A stretch of 64,000 bases of DNA, from the NCBI GenBank assembly GCA_023954815.1, contig JAGSHB010000005.1, positions 11,727-75,726 on the forward strand. The letters are read 5' to 3'. Shown here one piece after another: positions 45,301-54,562 of this stretch. Source of the DNA: Myxococcales bacterium. GTDB lineage: Bacteria > Myxococcota_A > UBA9042. Position 1 is the first letter of the stretch. The number at the start of each line of letters is the position of its first letter. Below the pieces are notes generated by a model that was not told the DNA's origin, made no database searches, and saw only the letters and a list, made by a program, of their open reading frames with translations. A program made the position numbers and the translations under genes.

Positions 45301-48269
45301 GTGATTGGCTGAAGCTGGGCGGCCTCCTCTACGGTGTGATTGCCCGTGAAGGCGTCGGTTGCGCAGCTGATCGTCGGATTGAGCTGGATGGAGTTCGACG
45401 TCACCGCGTTGTTGGCTTCGTCGGACTCCGTCACTTTGCCTTCAGAGTCGATCAGTACACCGATGTAGTACTTGCCGCCCTTGACCACGGGCAGCACCAG
45501 ATTCTGGGCCAGGTTCATGCTGGTCGCGCCGCCGAGCCCCTTATCCACCGACACGGTCTTCAGCGTCGTGTCGGCTTTGGTGATGGTGCTATCTGCAGAG
45601 AGGACATAGCTCACTTTGAACGGGCCGGCCGCCGTGGCACCGACGTTGGTCAGCTGCATCTTGGTCTTCACCAAGCCACCGGGGAAGGTGGAGACGGGCC
45701 CAGCCGTGAGGCCGTTTCCGAACAGGTCCGTGCCCTTGGGCGGAGGGTTCACCTTGATGTCGAGCTGAAAGTGCGCGCGAACGGCCGGCGTGTGCGGGTA
45801 AATGCGCAGGTAGTGCTTGCCGCCCTTGGCAACTGTGAGCGCCACGGCCTTCTTCAGGGCGCCGAGACCTTTCACCGAATCGAGCAACTTATTGTCTGGC
45901 CCGTAGATGTCGATGTTGATGTCCGATGGGACAGGTGACGTCCACAGGATGTTCTCGCTGGCGGTGGTGACGAAGAGTGAGTGGCCCTTGGAGACGTCGA
46001 CGGCGAACCAGTCCTCCTCGTCCTCGCACATGCCGAGATTCTTGTAAGTTCCAGGGGTCACGACGGTGCTGTTGCCCTTGGTGTCGTTGTTGATCTTCTT
46101 GTCGAACGCATCCTGGAAGCAGCCGCCCTTGGTGTCGGTTACCTGCAAGACCTGCGTTGCGCCGAGCGCGTTGTCGTTGTGATTGTCCTTGGTCTCTTTC
46201 ATTTCGGGATCCAAGATGACACCGACATAGTATTTGCTGACCTTGTGGCTTAGGCCTTTGGGCACGACGAAGCTGGTGCTGCGATAACCAAAATCGAGTC
46301 CGTCGACGCCAGGCTCCGTGACCTTGTTGACCACGATGAGCTGGTTGCGGTTGGCCCACGAGATGTTGTTGTTCGGCGACATGACGATGTAGGTCGTTGT
46401 CTGCGATGAGCTGGTCGAGCCAGTGTTGATCACCTTGTGGCTCAGCTTGAGCACGCCGCCGGCTTTCACCGAGGTCGGGTGGTAGCCCACGTTCGCCGGT
46501 TTGATCTCGATGTTGGCCGTAGCGGTGATCTTCAGAGGCGGCTTGGACCAGACCTTGGTGTTGTCGGCTTCGTTGAGCTCATTGACCTTCTTGTTGGGGT
46601 CGATCTGCAGGTAAATGTACCAATCCTGCACGGGCGTACCCGTGTTGATCTTGATGCTGACCGCGCCCTTCTTCTCCTGACCCACAGCCAGTTTCGGAAT
46701 CGTGGTGTGTGTCTTGTTGATGACGCAGGTGGTCGTCGATAGCGCCGCCGTCGGGCAGAAGTAGACCGTCGCTTCGAACACGGGCGTCGGCAGGGTGCCG
46801 TCGTTTTTTACGTGCCAATTTACCGCTACCGTGCCGCCGAGATAGGAGCTCTTGGGCGAAACCGTCATGTCGACGAGCTTCAGATTCGTGCCCTGCACGA
46901 TGACCTTTTTCACAGTCAGCTGCTTGTCCGACACCACGATGTTGTTGGTCTCATTCGTCTCAGACACCGTGTCTTTGGTGTCGATCTTGGCGATCAAGTA
47001 GTACTTGCCGTCCGGCACGTCTGGCATAGCGGCGCTCCGGAAGATGGGGAGCGCGACACCGGGCTTGAGCTCTGGAACCTTTGAGCTGGATGGGTCGGTC
47101 AACTCCAGATCTTTGTTCTTCTTGAGCAGGTACTCGGACAGATCGGCATCGGCTGGTGGGCCTTCGACATCGAAGTTGAGGGTCTTGTCCTTCGACAGAA
47201 ACACGCCGTAGCTGAAGTTCTTGCCCTCGCCCTGGCCCTGATTCTTCAATTTTAGGTTGTAGCTCACGCTCTGGCCGGGAGAGACCGATTGTGCGTTGTC
47301 GAAAAGCGGCGTGGTGATGACTAGATCTGATGGCAACGTCACCTTGGTGTCGATCTGAATGAGGCTGGTGGCAAAGCCTTCATTGTCTTGCTTGTTGAGC
47401 TCTGGTGCCTTGTCTTGGCAGTCCGCCTTGACGATGACGAACCAGTTCCCGTCTTTGACCGTCTGAGGCAGTTTGAAGGTCACCGGATTGTCTTTCGTGT
47501 AGCTGATCTTCTCCGTGCCATTGACCCCGGATTTGACGCCATCCGGATGCTTGATGGTGTGAACTTTCAAGTCGTCCGCATCGACGGCGTCGTTCGACGA
47601 GAGGTAGATGCAGGTCTCCAGTGGGGCCTTGTAGGCTTCGCCGTCGCTCAGAATGTCAAAGGAGAGCTTCACCGTGTCGCCGGGGAAGGCTTCTGTCGGT
47701 GTTAGCAGGGCAACGACCGACAGCGTGATGTTCGACGGGCGTAGTACGTTGATTTCTTTGGTTACAGTCTTCGTGACCTTCAGGTTCTTCTTCCAAGTCA
47801 CGGTCGCACGGGTTGGAAACTGGCCCTTGTATTTGAACTTATGGGTGACCTTGAGCAGCTCGTTCGGGTCTTGATCGGCGCCGAGGGTGAGCTTGTCGCC
47901 GTCACCGAAATCCCAGGCAATCAAGAAGTCAGCGGCGTCGTTCTCTCCGAGATCCAGGGTGAAATTCACCGTCAGTGGCACGTTCCCGCTCTCGATGTCC
48001 GCGGTCAGCTTTGGCTCGATGGTTGGAATCGTGACGTGGGTGTCTTCTGCGTCCGTTCCCGCATCAACATTGCCAGCGTCAGAACCACTGTTATTTCCAT
48101 CCGCTCCGCAACCGTACCCAAGCGCCGCCACGAGCGCGAATAGAGCAAGGTGAGTGCACGCGGGTGACCGTCTGGTGTCGTTCAAGGCCATGTATGGGCT
48201 CCAGGCAGCGCTGCGTGCCGAAAGGCAGTCGGCTGCGGGGTTTGGTGGACCGGGTGGACGGTCCGGCAC
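42339..48269 (-). CDS. Giant exported multi-domain protein (about 1976 aa): CARDB-like Ig modules, four PPC-like domains, Cys-rich repeats, delta-60-like Gly-rich repeats
   Basis: Signal peptide plus lipobox-like LGYGCG. Repeated CARDB-like signatures (LKNQGQGEG, VKNDGTLP, VINTGST, LTNVGATAAGP) are present. Four PPC-like motifs read C-x-D-x-D/E-D-W-F/Y (MCEDEEDWFAVDV, CPGLEDWFAVKL, CLGDEDWFYLDL, CPYEFDWYGF). Two Cys-rich modules occur (CNNGNSCTVDMC...; CDDFNPCTTDACSAKTGCGH). A long Gly/Ala/Thr-rich beta-repeat region is also present. Confidence 0.7.
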   Translation of the reverse strand: MPDRPPGPPNPAADCLSARSAAWSPYMALNDTRRSPACTHLALFALVAALGYGCGADGNNSGSDAGNVDAGTDAEDTHVTIPTIEPKLTADIESGNVPLTVNFTLDLGENDAADFLIAWDFGDGDKLTLGADQDPNELLKVTHKFKYKGQFPTRATVTWKKNLKVTKTVTKEINVLRPSNITLSVVALLTPTEAFPGDTVKLSFDILSDGEAYKAPLETCIYLSSNDAVDADDLKVHTIKHPDGVKSGVNGTEKISYTKDNPVTFKLPQTVKDGNWFVIVKADCQDKAPELNKQDNEGFATSLIQIDTKVTLPSDLVITTPLFDNAQSVSPGQSVSYNLKLKNQGQGEGKNFSYGVFLSKDKTLNFDVEGPPADADLSEYLLKKNKDLELTDPSSSKVPELKPGVALPIFRSAAMPDVPDGKYYLIAKIDTKDTVSETNETNNIVVSDKQLTVKKVIVQGTNLKLVDMTVSPKSSYLGGTVAVNWHVKNDGTLPTPVFEATVYFCPTAALSTTTCVINKTHTTIPKLAVGQEKKGAVSIKINTGTPVQDWYIYLQIDPNKKVNELNEADNTKVWSKPPLKITATANIEIKPANVGYHPTSVKAGGVLKLSHKVINTGSTSSSQTTTYIVMSPNNNISWANRNQLIVVNKVTEPGVDGLDFGYRSTSFVVPKGLSHKVSKYYVGVILDPEMKETKDNHNDNALGATQVLQVTDTKGGCFQDAFDKKINNDTKGNSTVVTPGTYKNLGMCEDEEDWFAVDVSKGHSLFVTTASENILWTSPVPSDINIDIYGPDNKLLDSVKGLGALKKAVALTVAKGGKHYLRIYPHTPAVRAHFQLDIKVNPPPKGTDLFGNGLTAGPVSTFPGGLVKTKMQLTNVGATAAGPFKVSYVLSADSTITKADTTLKTVSVDKGLGGATSMNLAQNLVLPVVKGGKYYIGVLIDSEGKVTESDEANNAVTSNSIQLNPTISCATDAFTGNHTVEEAAQLQPITKKYDKLNVCPGLEDWFAVKLPVGKAFKAKVNWSQKKDAGIIGIQIVDASGTGVLAGSANPLKTEASLPYLQVGGTYYIHTYVLPIGSKPPQPYDYGLEVTVSEPDPSDVCLADVYESNNSHQTAQELGCGLANMTLCLGDEDWFYLDLAKDEQVKIKFTHEGAGFLFNLYSNPKLPPIQKINDKGTIDFKAPSAGKYYMQAVYKSPGKKPTGSFAYELKVDGGKGVDLLPTIKSLFPGQVIQGEDAYLTMNVSNECKDDAAEFHYGYYFSTDAKFDAKDTLMLQKPLKGGLKGKTNRDVDDKVAIPVSAKPGPAYVIVKVDNKNEVKESQELNNTALEAVNVIKLCLADAQEPNGTPTIAKPLFTGTMADLSLCPYEFDWYGFEAKKGETITLTAKFTHKNGDLDMRLYEVGKFGKAVATSATKGDPEQIVFTAPKTTKYFVRINGFAGASNVYSLSFCKKTGGACVDCTADLHCAGAGAFCGEGGNCKLLGCTVGDDKTCNNGNSCTVDMCVAKKGCTHTPVKAGTECGDADLCTLGESCSDKGVCTAPTAQSVKKDAWLSGGRAGQLIHAAGKQLFVGSAADGKGAVTARAELYDRGTAIWGKDLSAAGYNAAHLASAASQTATGAIISVGWLRKDDAAANLPTSATLTLPQSAVADAAWMVRLDGATGKVLGSKTWAGNHGFHAVVDAGKGNVVAVGFKSTTNKSTATEAWAAQIDGAGKIQWEVLLGGTLDDRFMDVIAAPIGGWYAVGIDATASGTAGLLAYIDAAGKLVWSKTYAGAKGGAKFYAVTSTGGGDLVCVGSSDEGAKSLQGWAAWLTGATAKAAPNITGAAAFPGTTPQDAGYKGATTAWFTDVVAGGDKSLTIAGTTGATAAKGGLDAAIWSIGTDKKVKKLWTWGGAGNDVMNSVLTSLGQIRTFGTLLADNPTASQWYETLVSPPKANCDDFNPCTTDACSAKTGCGHTPVKDGTSCGTGLTCTSGVCK

Positions 48270-48460
48270 GGACTATAGACAACCCCCTTCCTTACGTCCA
48301 AGGGGACCGAGCCAAATATGAAGATGTTTCCGCTGCGATTGGCCTTGTCCCCTGTGGTTTCTTGTTGGTGCGGGTGACCGGATCTGGCCTAGCAGGTCGG
48401 CTTTGAGTCGACTGACCCTTGAGATGACCTGGGTGTCCGTTCCCGGCATACTCTGCGCCC

Positions 48461-49942
48461 ATGACGAACCAACCGCCCAATCAAGCCAATGACACGCCGA
48501 CGGAGCGACGGATCCCGCCATCGCAGCCTGTTCAGCCATTTGCGGAGCGTGCGGTGGTGGTGCCCGACTCCCTCGACGCTCGGGCATCGATCGAAGTCAT
48601 CACCGCCTTGAGAGCCGCCGGTTTTTCGGCGTTTTTGGTGGGTGGATGCGTCCGGGACTTGGTGCTGGGTCTCGAGCCCAAGGACTACGATGTCGCCACG
48701 AACGCGCGCCCGGACGAGGTGCTCGCCCTATTTGACCGCGTGATTGAGGTCGGCGTGGCGTTTGGCGTCGTGCGGGTGCTGCGGCGCTGCGGCGGTGAGC
48801 TGCAAGAGATCGAGGTCGCCACCTACCGCGCCGATGGCGCCTACATCGATGGCCGCCGTCCCACGGAGGTTCGCTTCACGGATGCCCGCGAGGATGTGCT
48901 GCGTCGGGATTTTAGCCTCAACGGGCTGCTGCTGGATCCCGTTCCCGGCGCTGGCGGTCGTGTCATCGACTGGGTGGGTGGCATCGCGGATCTCGAACAG
49001 GGCCACTTGCGTGCGATTGGCCAACCGGCGGAGCGCTTTTCCGAGGATGCGCTGCGACTGTTGCGCGCGGTGCGATTCGCTGCCCGATTTGGCCTTCATA
49101 TCGAACGTCACACAGCCGCTGCCATCACAGAACTCAGGAGCGGCCTCGGCCAAATCAGCCGCGAACGGGTGCACGTGGAGTTGGTGGGGATGCTGCGTGC
49201 TCCGCACGCGGGTGAAGCCGTGCGGTTGCTGGCTCGCTTGCGCTTGGTAGAGGCCTTGTGGCCTTCGCTATTGGAGCGAGATCCCGGTCTGCTTCGCACC
49301 GAGCGTCGCATGCGAGCGCTGTGTGATGGGGTGCATTGGGCGGTCCATGAAGACGGCGGGCAGCGTGAGCAACCTGGGCTCTCCCCTGTCATCGACCTGC
49401 CGTTCCCATTGGCGCTCGCGGGGTTCATGTGGAGCCTGCGCCTGGCCGACAGCAGCCTGCCCGATGAGGTCGCGGCTTCCCTGCGTTTGTCTTTGGCGCA
49501 ATCCAAACGACTTCGCACGATCTGGACCATCGCATCGCAACTTCTTCACAGTCTGGTGGCGGGGCGCCTGCCCGCTGTTCGCGCAGACGATGCCCGTCTT
49601 GCGAGGTTGCTGCGCCAGCCCGAGGCCGACGCGGCACTCCGTCTGCTCTTGGCCGAGGCAGACAATGTGCCGGAGGGGTGGCCACACAGCGCGCGAACCT
49701 GGCTGCGCGCCCTTCGTCGGCTGCGGTTGAAGACGCCGGCTGCGCAGTGGCGACCCAAGCCTTTTGTCACCGGTTCCGCGCTGAAAGCCCTCGGATTCGC
49801 GCCCTCGGCTCGGTTTCGGCCAGCGCTGCAGGCAGCTGAGACGGTACAGCTCGAAGGTGGTTCGGCAGCGGAAGCATTGGCCGCAGCTACGGCTTGCCTG
49901 ACGTCCGACGATGAAGCGACAGCTGATTTGTCGGCACCTTGA
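48461..49942 (+). CDS. cca: tRNA nucleotidyltransferase/poly(A) polymerase family protein (CCA-adding enzyme-like)
   Basis: LVGGCVRDLVLGLEPKDYDVATNA is the Pol-beta NTase head of class II CCA/PcnB enzymes, and RDFSLNGL is present. The C-terminal region has no obvious HD domain. Confidence 0.75.
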   Translation: MTNQPPNQANDTPTERRIPPSQPVQPFAERAVVVPDSLDARASIEVITALRAAGFSAFLVGGCVRDLVLGLEPKDYDVATNARPDEVLALFDRVIEVGVAFGVVRVLRRCGGELQEIEVATYRADGAYIDGRRPTEVRFTDAREDVLRRDFSLNGLLLDPVPGAGGRVIDWVGGIADLEQGHLRAIGQPAERFSEDALRLLRAVRFAARFGLHIERHTAAAITELRSGLGQISRERVHVELVGMLRAPHAGEAVRLLARLRLVEALWPSLLERDPGLLRTERRMRALCDGVHWAVHEDGGQREQPGLSPVIDLPFPLALAGFMWSLRLADSSLPDEVAASLRLSLAQSKRLRTIWTIASQLLHSLVAGRLPAVRADDARLARLLRQPEADAALRLLLAEADNVPEGWPHSARTWLRALRRLRLKTPAAQWRPKPFVTGSALKALGFAPSARFRPALQAAETVQLEGGSAAEALAAATACLTSDDEATADLSAP

Positions 49943-50168
49943 CGACCGGCTCGGAAGCTTGCGCAGCCACGTCACACCCAGGCCGCGCCCGCCTGCGAAC
50001 GAGAGACCACACGGCGAAGCCGACGATGGTCAACACACCGACGCCATCGAGCACAGAGCCGAGGTGGGGCACGGCCCACAACTGGTCAACGCTTAGCGAT
50101 GACAGCAATAAAATCACAGAGATCAGGGGACACCGCCCGCGCTAGTCATACAGCAACGCCGCACGCCG

Positions 50169-52304
50169 CTATGTGTATCCCAGCGCTTGGCCGCCCTGGT
50201 ACACCGCCAGCGACAAAAGGTAGGCCAAGGTGTTGAGGTAGACAACGGCGAAGATCGGCCATCGCCAGGAGGCCGTCTCTCGCTGCAGCACCGCGATGGT
50301 GCTCATGCACTGCATCGCGATGGCAAAAAACACCATCAGTGAGAGCCCAACCAGGGGCGTCATCCCAGAAAAGCGGACCAGAGAGTCGCCGACGGCGGTG
50401 TTGAACGCGTCCTCATCCTCTGCCTCAGCTCCGCGTCCGTACACTTGGCCCATCACCGGAATCAGCACCTCACGCGCAGCAAACGATCCGATGAGTCCGA
50501 TGCCGATACGCCAATCGAACCCCAGGGGCGCAATGGCTGGTTCGATGGTCTTACCCATCCTGCCGGCGATGCTGTGTTCGAGTTGGTGACGCTGTTTGGC
50601 GTGGTCGAGCCTGGCTTCGGCCGTCTTTCGCGCCGGCGTTTCGGCTTGTGTCGTCGTCACCGCGACTTGAGCGGGATGATCAGTGGGCAACTCGGAATGC
50701 GGGAAGGTCATCAGGGCCCACAGGACCACGGTGAGCGCGACGATGACGGAGCCAGTCTCGACCAGGAAGTGCCGCAGCCGTCGCCACACGACGCGCAGGA
50801 CGTTGCCTGTCCGCGGACGCCGGTAGGGCGGCATCTCCAGCAGTAGTGGCGCACTCTCGCCTTGAAAGACGGTGCGGCGCAGCACAAATGCCACCAACAG
50901 CGCGACGACCACACCGAGCAAGTACAGCCCCGTGAGGATGAGCCCTCCGAGGCTGAGGAATCCAAAAACCGGCTCGCTATGCGCGAACACCGCTGCGATG
51001 ACGACGGCATATACCGGCAGCCGGGCTGAGCACGTCATGAGCGGGGCGATGAGCATCGTCACCATGCGGTCCGCTGGGCTCGCGATGGTCCGCGCCGCCA
51101 TGACACCTGGGACGTTGCAAGCGAAGCTGCTCAGCAGGGGGACGAAGCTCTTCCCGGGCAGACCCGCCATGCGCATGATGCGATCGATGAGAAAGGCAGT
51201 TCTGGCCAAATAGCCGGTGTCTTCCAATAGCGAGATTCCGAGAAAAAGCACGGTAATCTGGGGCACAAAGACCAAAGTCCCCGCGACGCCAGCTAAGACG
51301 CCGTCGATCAGCACGTCCTTGAGTAGACCCGCCGGTAGCAGGCTGGCGATCCAAGCGGAAGCGGCCGAGGCTCCGCCGTCAATGGCATCAATTGCGGGAT
51401 CTGACCAGGCAAAAACCGCCTGGAAGAGCACGCCCATCACCAACAGAAACAGCGCCGTGCCAGCCACAGGATGCAAGGCGAATCGGTCGATGCGCGTCGT
51501 CCAACTCGGTGGCCGCGGGCTGCGGGTCGTCACCCGTTCGACGAGGGGATCGAGCCAGGCGTAGCGGGCGTGCACCATGGCCCGTCGCAGCTCTGAGACA
51601 TCGATATTGGCATCGGCCAGCGCGGTTTGCACCTCGTCGCCAAGGCCAGCTCGCTCCGCATTCAAGACCACCGGTCGGGTCGCGAGGTACCAGCGTGCGT
51701 CCCCGTCTGCACGGGCTTGCACTTCGGGGATCGACTGCGCCGCCTTCAGCGCACGATCGACGATCGCAGGCCACGCCGTCTGGCGGACTTGGCCACGACT
51801 TGGATCGGCGATCACACTGGCGACCGCGGCTTCGAGCGCCGCAACCCCATCACCGCGCCGCGCCACCATCGGTACCACCGGGCAACCCAGGGCGTGATGC
51901 AGATCGTCGACCTCAAGCGAGAGCCCGCCTTCTTTGGCCGCGTCCATCATGTTCAGCGCGGCGACGACCGGCAGACCCAGCTCGGCGACCTGGAGCAGCA
52001 AGAACAGGTTTCGGGCGAGGTTCATCGGGTCGATGACGACGATGACCGCATCAAAGGCCGCGTCGCCGTACTGACCGGTCAACACATGATGGGCGATCTG
52101 TTCCTCTGGGCTCGACGCGACGAGGCTGTACGTGCCCGGCAGATCGTGCAGGTGCCACGATTGGTTACCGACCTCACGCGTGCCGGTGCGCCGGTCGACG
52201 GTGATGCCCGGATAGTTGCCAACGTGCGCGCTGAGGCCCGTCAGTTGATTGAACAGGGTGGTCTTGCCGGTATTCGGGTTGCCAGCGAGCGCGATCTCAG
52301 CCAT
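50169..52304 (-). CDS. feoB: Ferrous iron transporter FeoB
   Basis: The G-domain IALAGNPNTGKTTLFNQLTG...DLPGTYSL is followed by the polytopic gate/permease domain. ATG 52304 is preceded by AGGAGA. Confidence 0.85.
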   Translation of the reverse strand: MAEIALAGNPNTGKTTLFNQLTGLSAHVGNYPGITVDRRTGTREVGNQSWHLHDLPGTYSLVASSPEEQIAHHVLTGQYGDAAFDAVIVVIDPMNLARNLFLLLQVAELGLPVVAALNMMDAAKEGGLSLEVDDLHHALGCPVVPMVARRGDGVAALEAAVASVIADPSRGQVRQTAWPAIVDRALKAAQSIPEVQARADGDARWYLATRPVVLNAERAGLGDEVQTALADANIDVSELRRAMVHARYAWLDPLVERVTTRSPRPPSWTTRIDRFALHPVAGTALFLLVMGVLFQAVFAWSDPAIDAIDGGASAASAWIASLLPAGLLKDVLIDGVLAGVAGTLVFVPQITVLFLGISLLEDTGYLARTAFLIDRIMRMAGLPGKSFVPLLSSFACNVPGVMAARTIASPADRMVTMLIAPLMTCSARLPVYAVVIAAVFAHSEPVFGFLSLGGLILTGLYLLGVVVALLVAFVLRRTVFQGESAPLLLEMPPYRRPRTGNVLRVVWRRLRHFLVETGSVIVALTVVLWALMTFPHSELPTDHPAQVAVTTTQAETPARKTAEARLDHAKQRHQLEHSIAGRMGKTIEPAIAPLGFDWRIGIGLIGSFAAREVLIPVMGQVYGRGAEAEDEDAFNTAVGDSLVRFSGMTPLVGLSLMVFFAIAMQCMSTIAVLQRETASWRWPIFAVVYLNTLAYLLSLAVYQGGQALGYT

Positions 52305-52557
52305 CGGGCTGTTCTCCTGCGGCCTGCACACGCACGGCGCGCGCCGCATCGGGCCGCATGGTCAACACGAAATGACGCAGACGAATCAGAAGTGGGCCCG
52401 ACCAGGGCGCACGTCGCAGGATCTCCACACGGGCGCCAGGGGTCATGCCGAACTCGACCAAACGGTCCGTCATCGCGCCCACATCGGACACCGATAGCAC
52501 CTGCAAGGGGACATGGAGCGGGGCGTCAGCAAGGCACGTGCCACGCGCTTGGGTCAC
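52297..52557 (-). CDS. feoA: FeoA-like small SH3-fold protein
   Basis: LSVSDVGAMTDRLVEFGMTPGARVEILRRAPWSGPLLIRL matches the FeoA domain. It overlaps the feoB start. Confidence 0.7.
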   Translation of the reverse strand: MTQARGTCLADAPLHVPLQVLSVSDVGAMTDRLVEFGMTPGARVEILRRAPWSGPLLIRLRHFVLTMRPDAARAVRVQAAGEQPDG

Positions 52558-53759
52558 GACGCTGCGACCGGTGCCGCGGCTGTGTCGGAGGCCGCATCGT
52601 CGGACGCTGTGGCGGCCGCATCAGCCGAAATAGCGGCGTCCGCGGTCGTCTCTGCGCTCGCCTCTGCGGCGGTCTCAGTCTGTGCAGCGCCCTCAGCTTG
52701 TGCGGTGACCGCTTCAGCTGCTGGTGCTTCGGTTGCTTCGGTCGCTGCTTCTGCGGTGCTCGCTGCTGCCGTCGCTTCTTCAGACGGAGCGGCCTCAACG
52801 GCAGGCGCGTCAGCTGCTGGCGCTGCGTCTTGTACAGGAGCGTCGGCAGGGGCTGCCGCGGCGTCCGCCGCTGGCGTCGCATCTGTCGTATTGGCTGCGT
52901 CAGCGGCCTTGGCTGCGCGATTTTCTGCCTGCTTGGCCCGGCGGCGTTTGTTGCGCTCTTTCTTACGTTCGGCTGCAGCCTCGGCCTCTTGCGCTTCCTC
53001 GAGGGAGGGACGCTCCTTGCCGTGACGGATCCGGTAGAGCTCGTCGAGCGCCAGATCAAGCTGACCCTTCGTGACGATGTAGGCCCGATGGTTGTCCCGG
53101 TCGTAGCGGAAACCAGCCCGCATCGCCCGCTCACGTTTGAAGATCTCGTCGAGGTACGTCTTGCGCTCCTCGCGCAACTTGATGATCTCCTCGCGCTCTT
53201 CGGCGCCGATGCGCTCCTGCCGCGCCTTTTCACGCTCGGTCTTGAGGCGCTCGGACTCCAGCTGCCGCGTCTCGCGCTCCGCCTTCAATTCGGCGATCCG
53301 GATGGCGTCTTTGCTGTCTGTCGGGGTGGGCTCCCGCACGACCTCAGGTGCAGGCGTCGGTGCCGCGACGGTCTTGGCAGGGCCGCGCAGGGCGAGCATC
53401 CCCTCGAGCTCTTCGACCTTGCGCTCCGCCTTCCGTGCGCGGCGCTCTGCCTCGGCATTGTCCTTGGTGGCCTTGTTGGCGACTGACAACGCCTTGTTCA
53501 GCTCGCTGCGAAGCGATTTGACCTGATCTTTGGCTTTGTCTGCGCTGGATTTTGCAACCGCGCGATCTTCGCTGGCAGATTCCAGCTTTTTCCGCATGGA
53601 ATCGGCCCGATCGCCCTGTTTGCGCGCATCGGCCTCAGCCTTATCGGCACGCTCGCCTTCAGCTGTCGACAGCGTCGTGGCCGCCGCAAGCTTGGTCCAG
53701 AAGAAGATCGCCAATCCGCCGCAAATGGCAGCCAGACCGGCCAGCAAGATCATGTTCAT
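52554..53759 (-). CDS. Membrane-anchored coiled-coil protein with Ala/Thr/Glu-rich low-complexity tail
   Basis: The N-terminal TM is MNMILLAGLAAICGGLAIFFW. It is followed by a long charged coiled-coil (KAERKVEELEG..., ERETRQLESERLK...). The stop overlaps the feoA start. Confidence 0.5.
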   Translation of the reverse strand: MNMILLAGLAAICGGLAIFFWTKLAAATTLSTAEGERADKAEADARKQGDRADSMRKKLESASEDRAVAKSSADKAKDQVKSLRSELNKALSVANKATKDNAEAERRARKAERKVEELEGMLALRGPAKTVAAPTPAPEVVREPTPTDSKDAIRIAELKAERETRQLESERLKTEREKARQERIGAEEREEIIKLREERKTYLDEIFKRERAMRAGFRYDRDNHRAYIVTKGQLDLALDELYRIRHGKERPSLEEAQEAEAAAERKKERNKRRRAKQAENRAAKAADAANTTDATPAADAAAAPADAPVQDAAPAADAPAVEAAPSEEATAAASTAEAATEATEAPAAEAVTAQAEGAAQTETAAEASAETTADAAISADAAATASDDAASDTAAAPVAAS

Positions 53760-53873
53760 GTGAAGCCTCGTGACAAAGCGCAGTTGGGCGCTGTCGGGAT
53801 TTGCGGCCCGGGGTGTAGCACGCCGAGGCCTGGGCGGTCCACATCAGTGCAAGACAAGCTGCTGCGATCGCGC

Positions 53874-53895
53874 CATAATCGTGTTAATCGAATAC
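53874..53895. promoter_or_regulatory. Possible Fur-box-like AT-rich site in the fur/feo divergent promoter region
   Basis: CATAATCGTGTTAATCGAATAC is AT-rich in a 70% GC genome. It has partial resemblance to GATAATGATAATCATTATC. It lies between divergently transcribed fur and the coiled-coil-feoA-feoB unit. Confidence 0.2.
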
Positions 53896-53914
53896 CCATG
53901 ACATCATCCGACGT

Positions 53915-54427
53915 ATGTTCGGTCACAGTCCCCAAGCCCAGTGCTTGTCGTTCGCGGAGTTCCCCTTGACCCAGAATTTCGAGCAGTGGTGTTCCGAGTT
54001 GCAGACGCAGCTCTCCCGTAATCAGCAGCGTCTGACGCCGCAGCGCAGGCTCATCGCCAGTGTCCTCTTTGAACAGGACGGCCACGTCAACGTCGACGAG
54101 CTGCACCAACTGGTCCGTGGCAAGGACAGCTCGGTCGGTTACGCGACCGTCTACCGCACGCTCAAGCTGCTGCAGTCGTTGGAGTTGGTGCACACCAACA
54201 CCTTTGTCGACGGTACGGCGCGCTACGAGGTGGCCACCGATGATGACGATCACCACGATCACATGATCTGTCGGGATTGCGGCACGATCACCGAGTTCGA
54301 AAACGCCGAGATAGAGCGACTGCAGGATGCCGTTGCGGAGCGGCTCGGATTCGAGTTGGTCGACCACCGGATGGTGCTCTACGGTCGTTGCATCAAAGTG
54401 GCTTGTCCGAACAAGCAGTCCAACTGA
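53915..54427 (+). CDS. fur: Fur-family transcriptional regulator
   Basis: The DNA-binding helix region reads LTPQRRLIASVLFEQDGHVNVDELHQLV. The metal sites are HHDHMICRDCG and CxxC. Confidence 0.8.
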   Translation: MFGHSPQAQCLSFAEFPLTQNFEQWCSELQTQLSRNQQRLTPQRRLIASVLFEQDGHVNVDELHQLVRGKDSSVGYATVYRTLKLLQSLELVHTNTFVDGTARYEVATDDDDHHDHMICRDCGTITEFENAEIERLQDAVAERLGFELVDHRMVLYGRCIKVACPNKQSN

Positions 54428-54562
54428 TTCCAGCGCTCAACCAGTCACTTTTTCCGGTACAAGATAGCGCTTAACCCCTGACATTGCGACCTTTTCCGTC
54501 TCTCAGCTTAGCAACCGGCTGCGCGCGAGTGGGCCAGTTGTCCGCAGCGATTTCCCTATGCC

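Noticed and set aside
42479-48143. Numerous 60-330-aa plus-strand ORFs across 42.4-48.2 kb
   Set aside because: All are antisense to the 1976-aa exported protein gene, whose minus-strand frame is uninterrupted and domain-rich.
51627-53486. 619-aa plus-strand ORF and the 52513-53025 Ala-rich ORF
   Set aside because: They are antisense to feoB, feoA and the coiled-coil gene. Arg/Cys-rich low complexity. Not coding.
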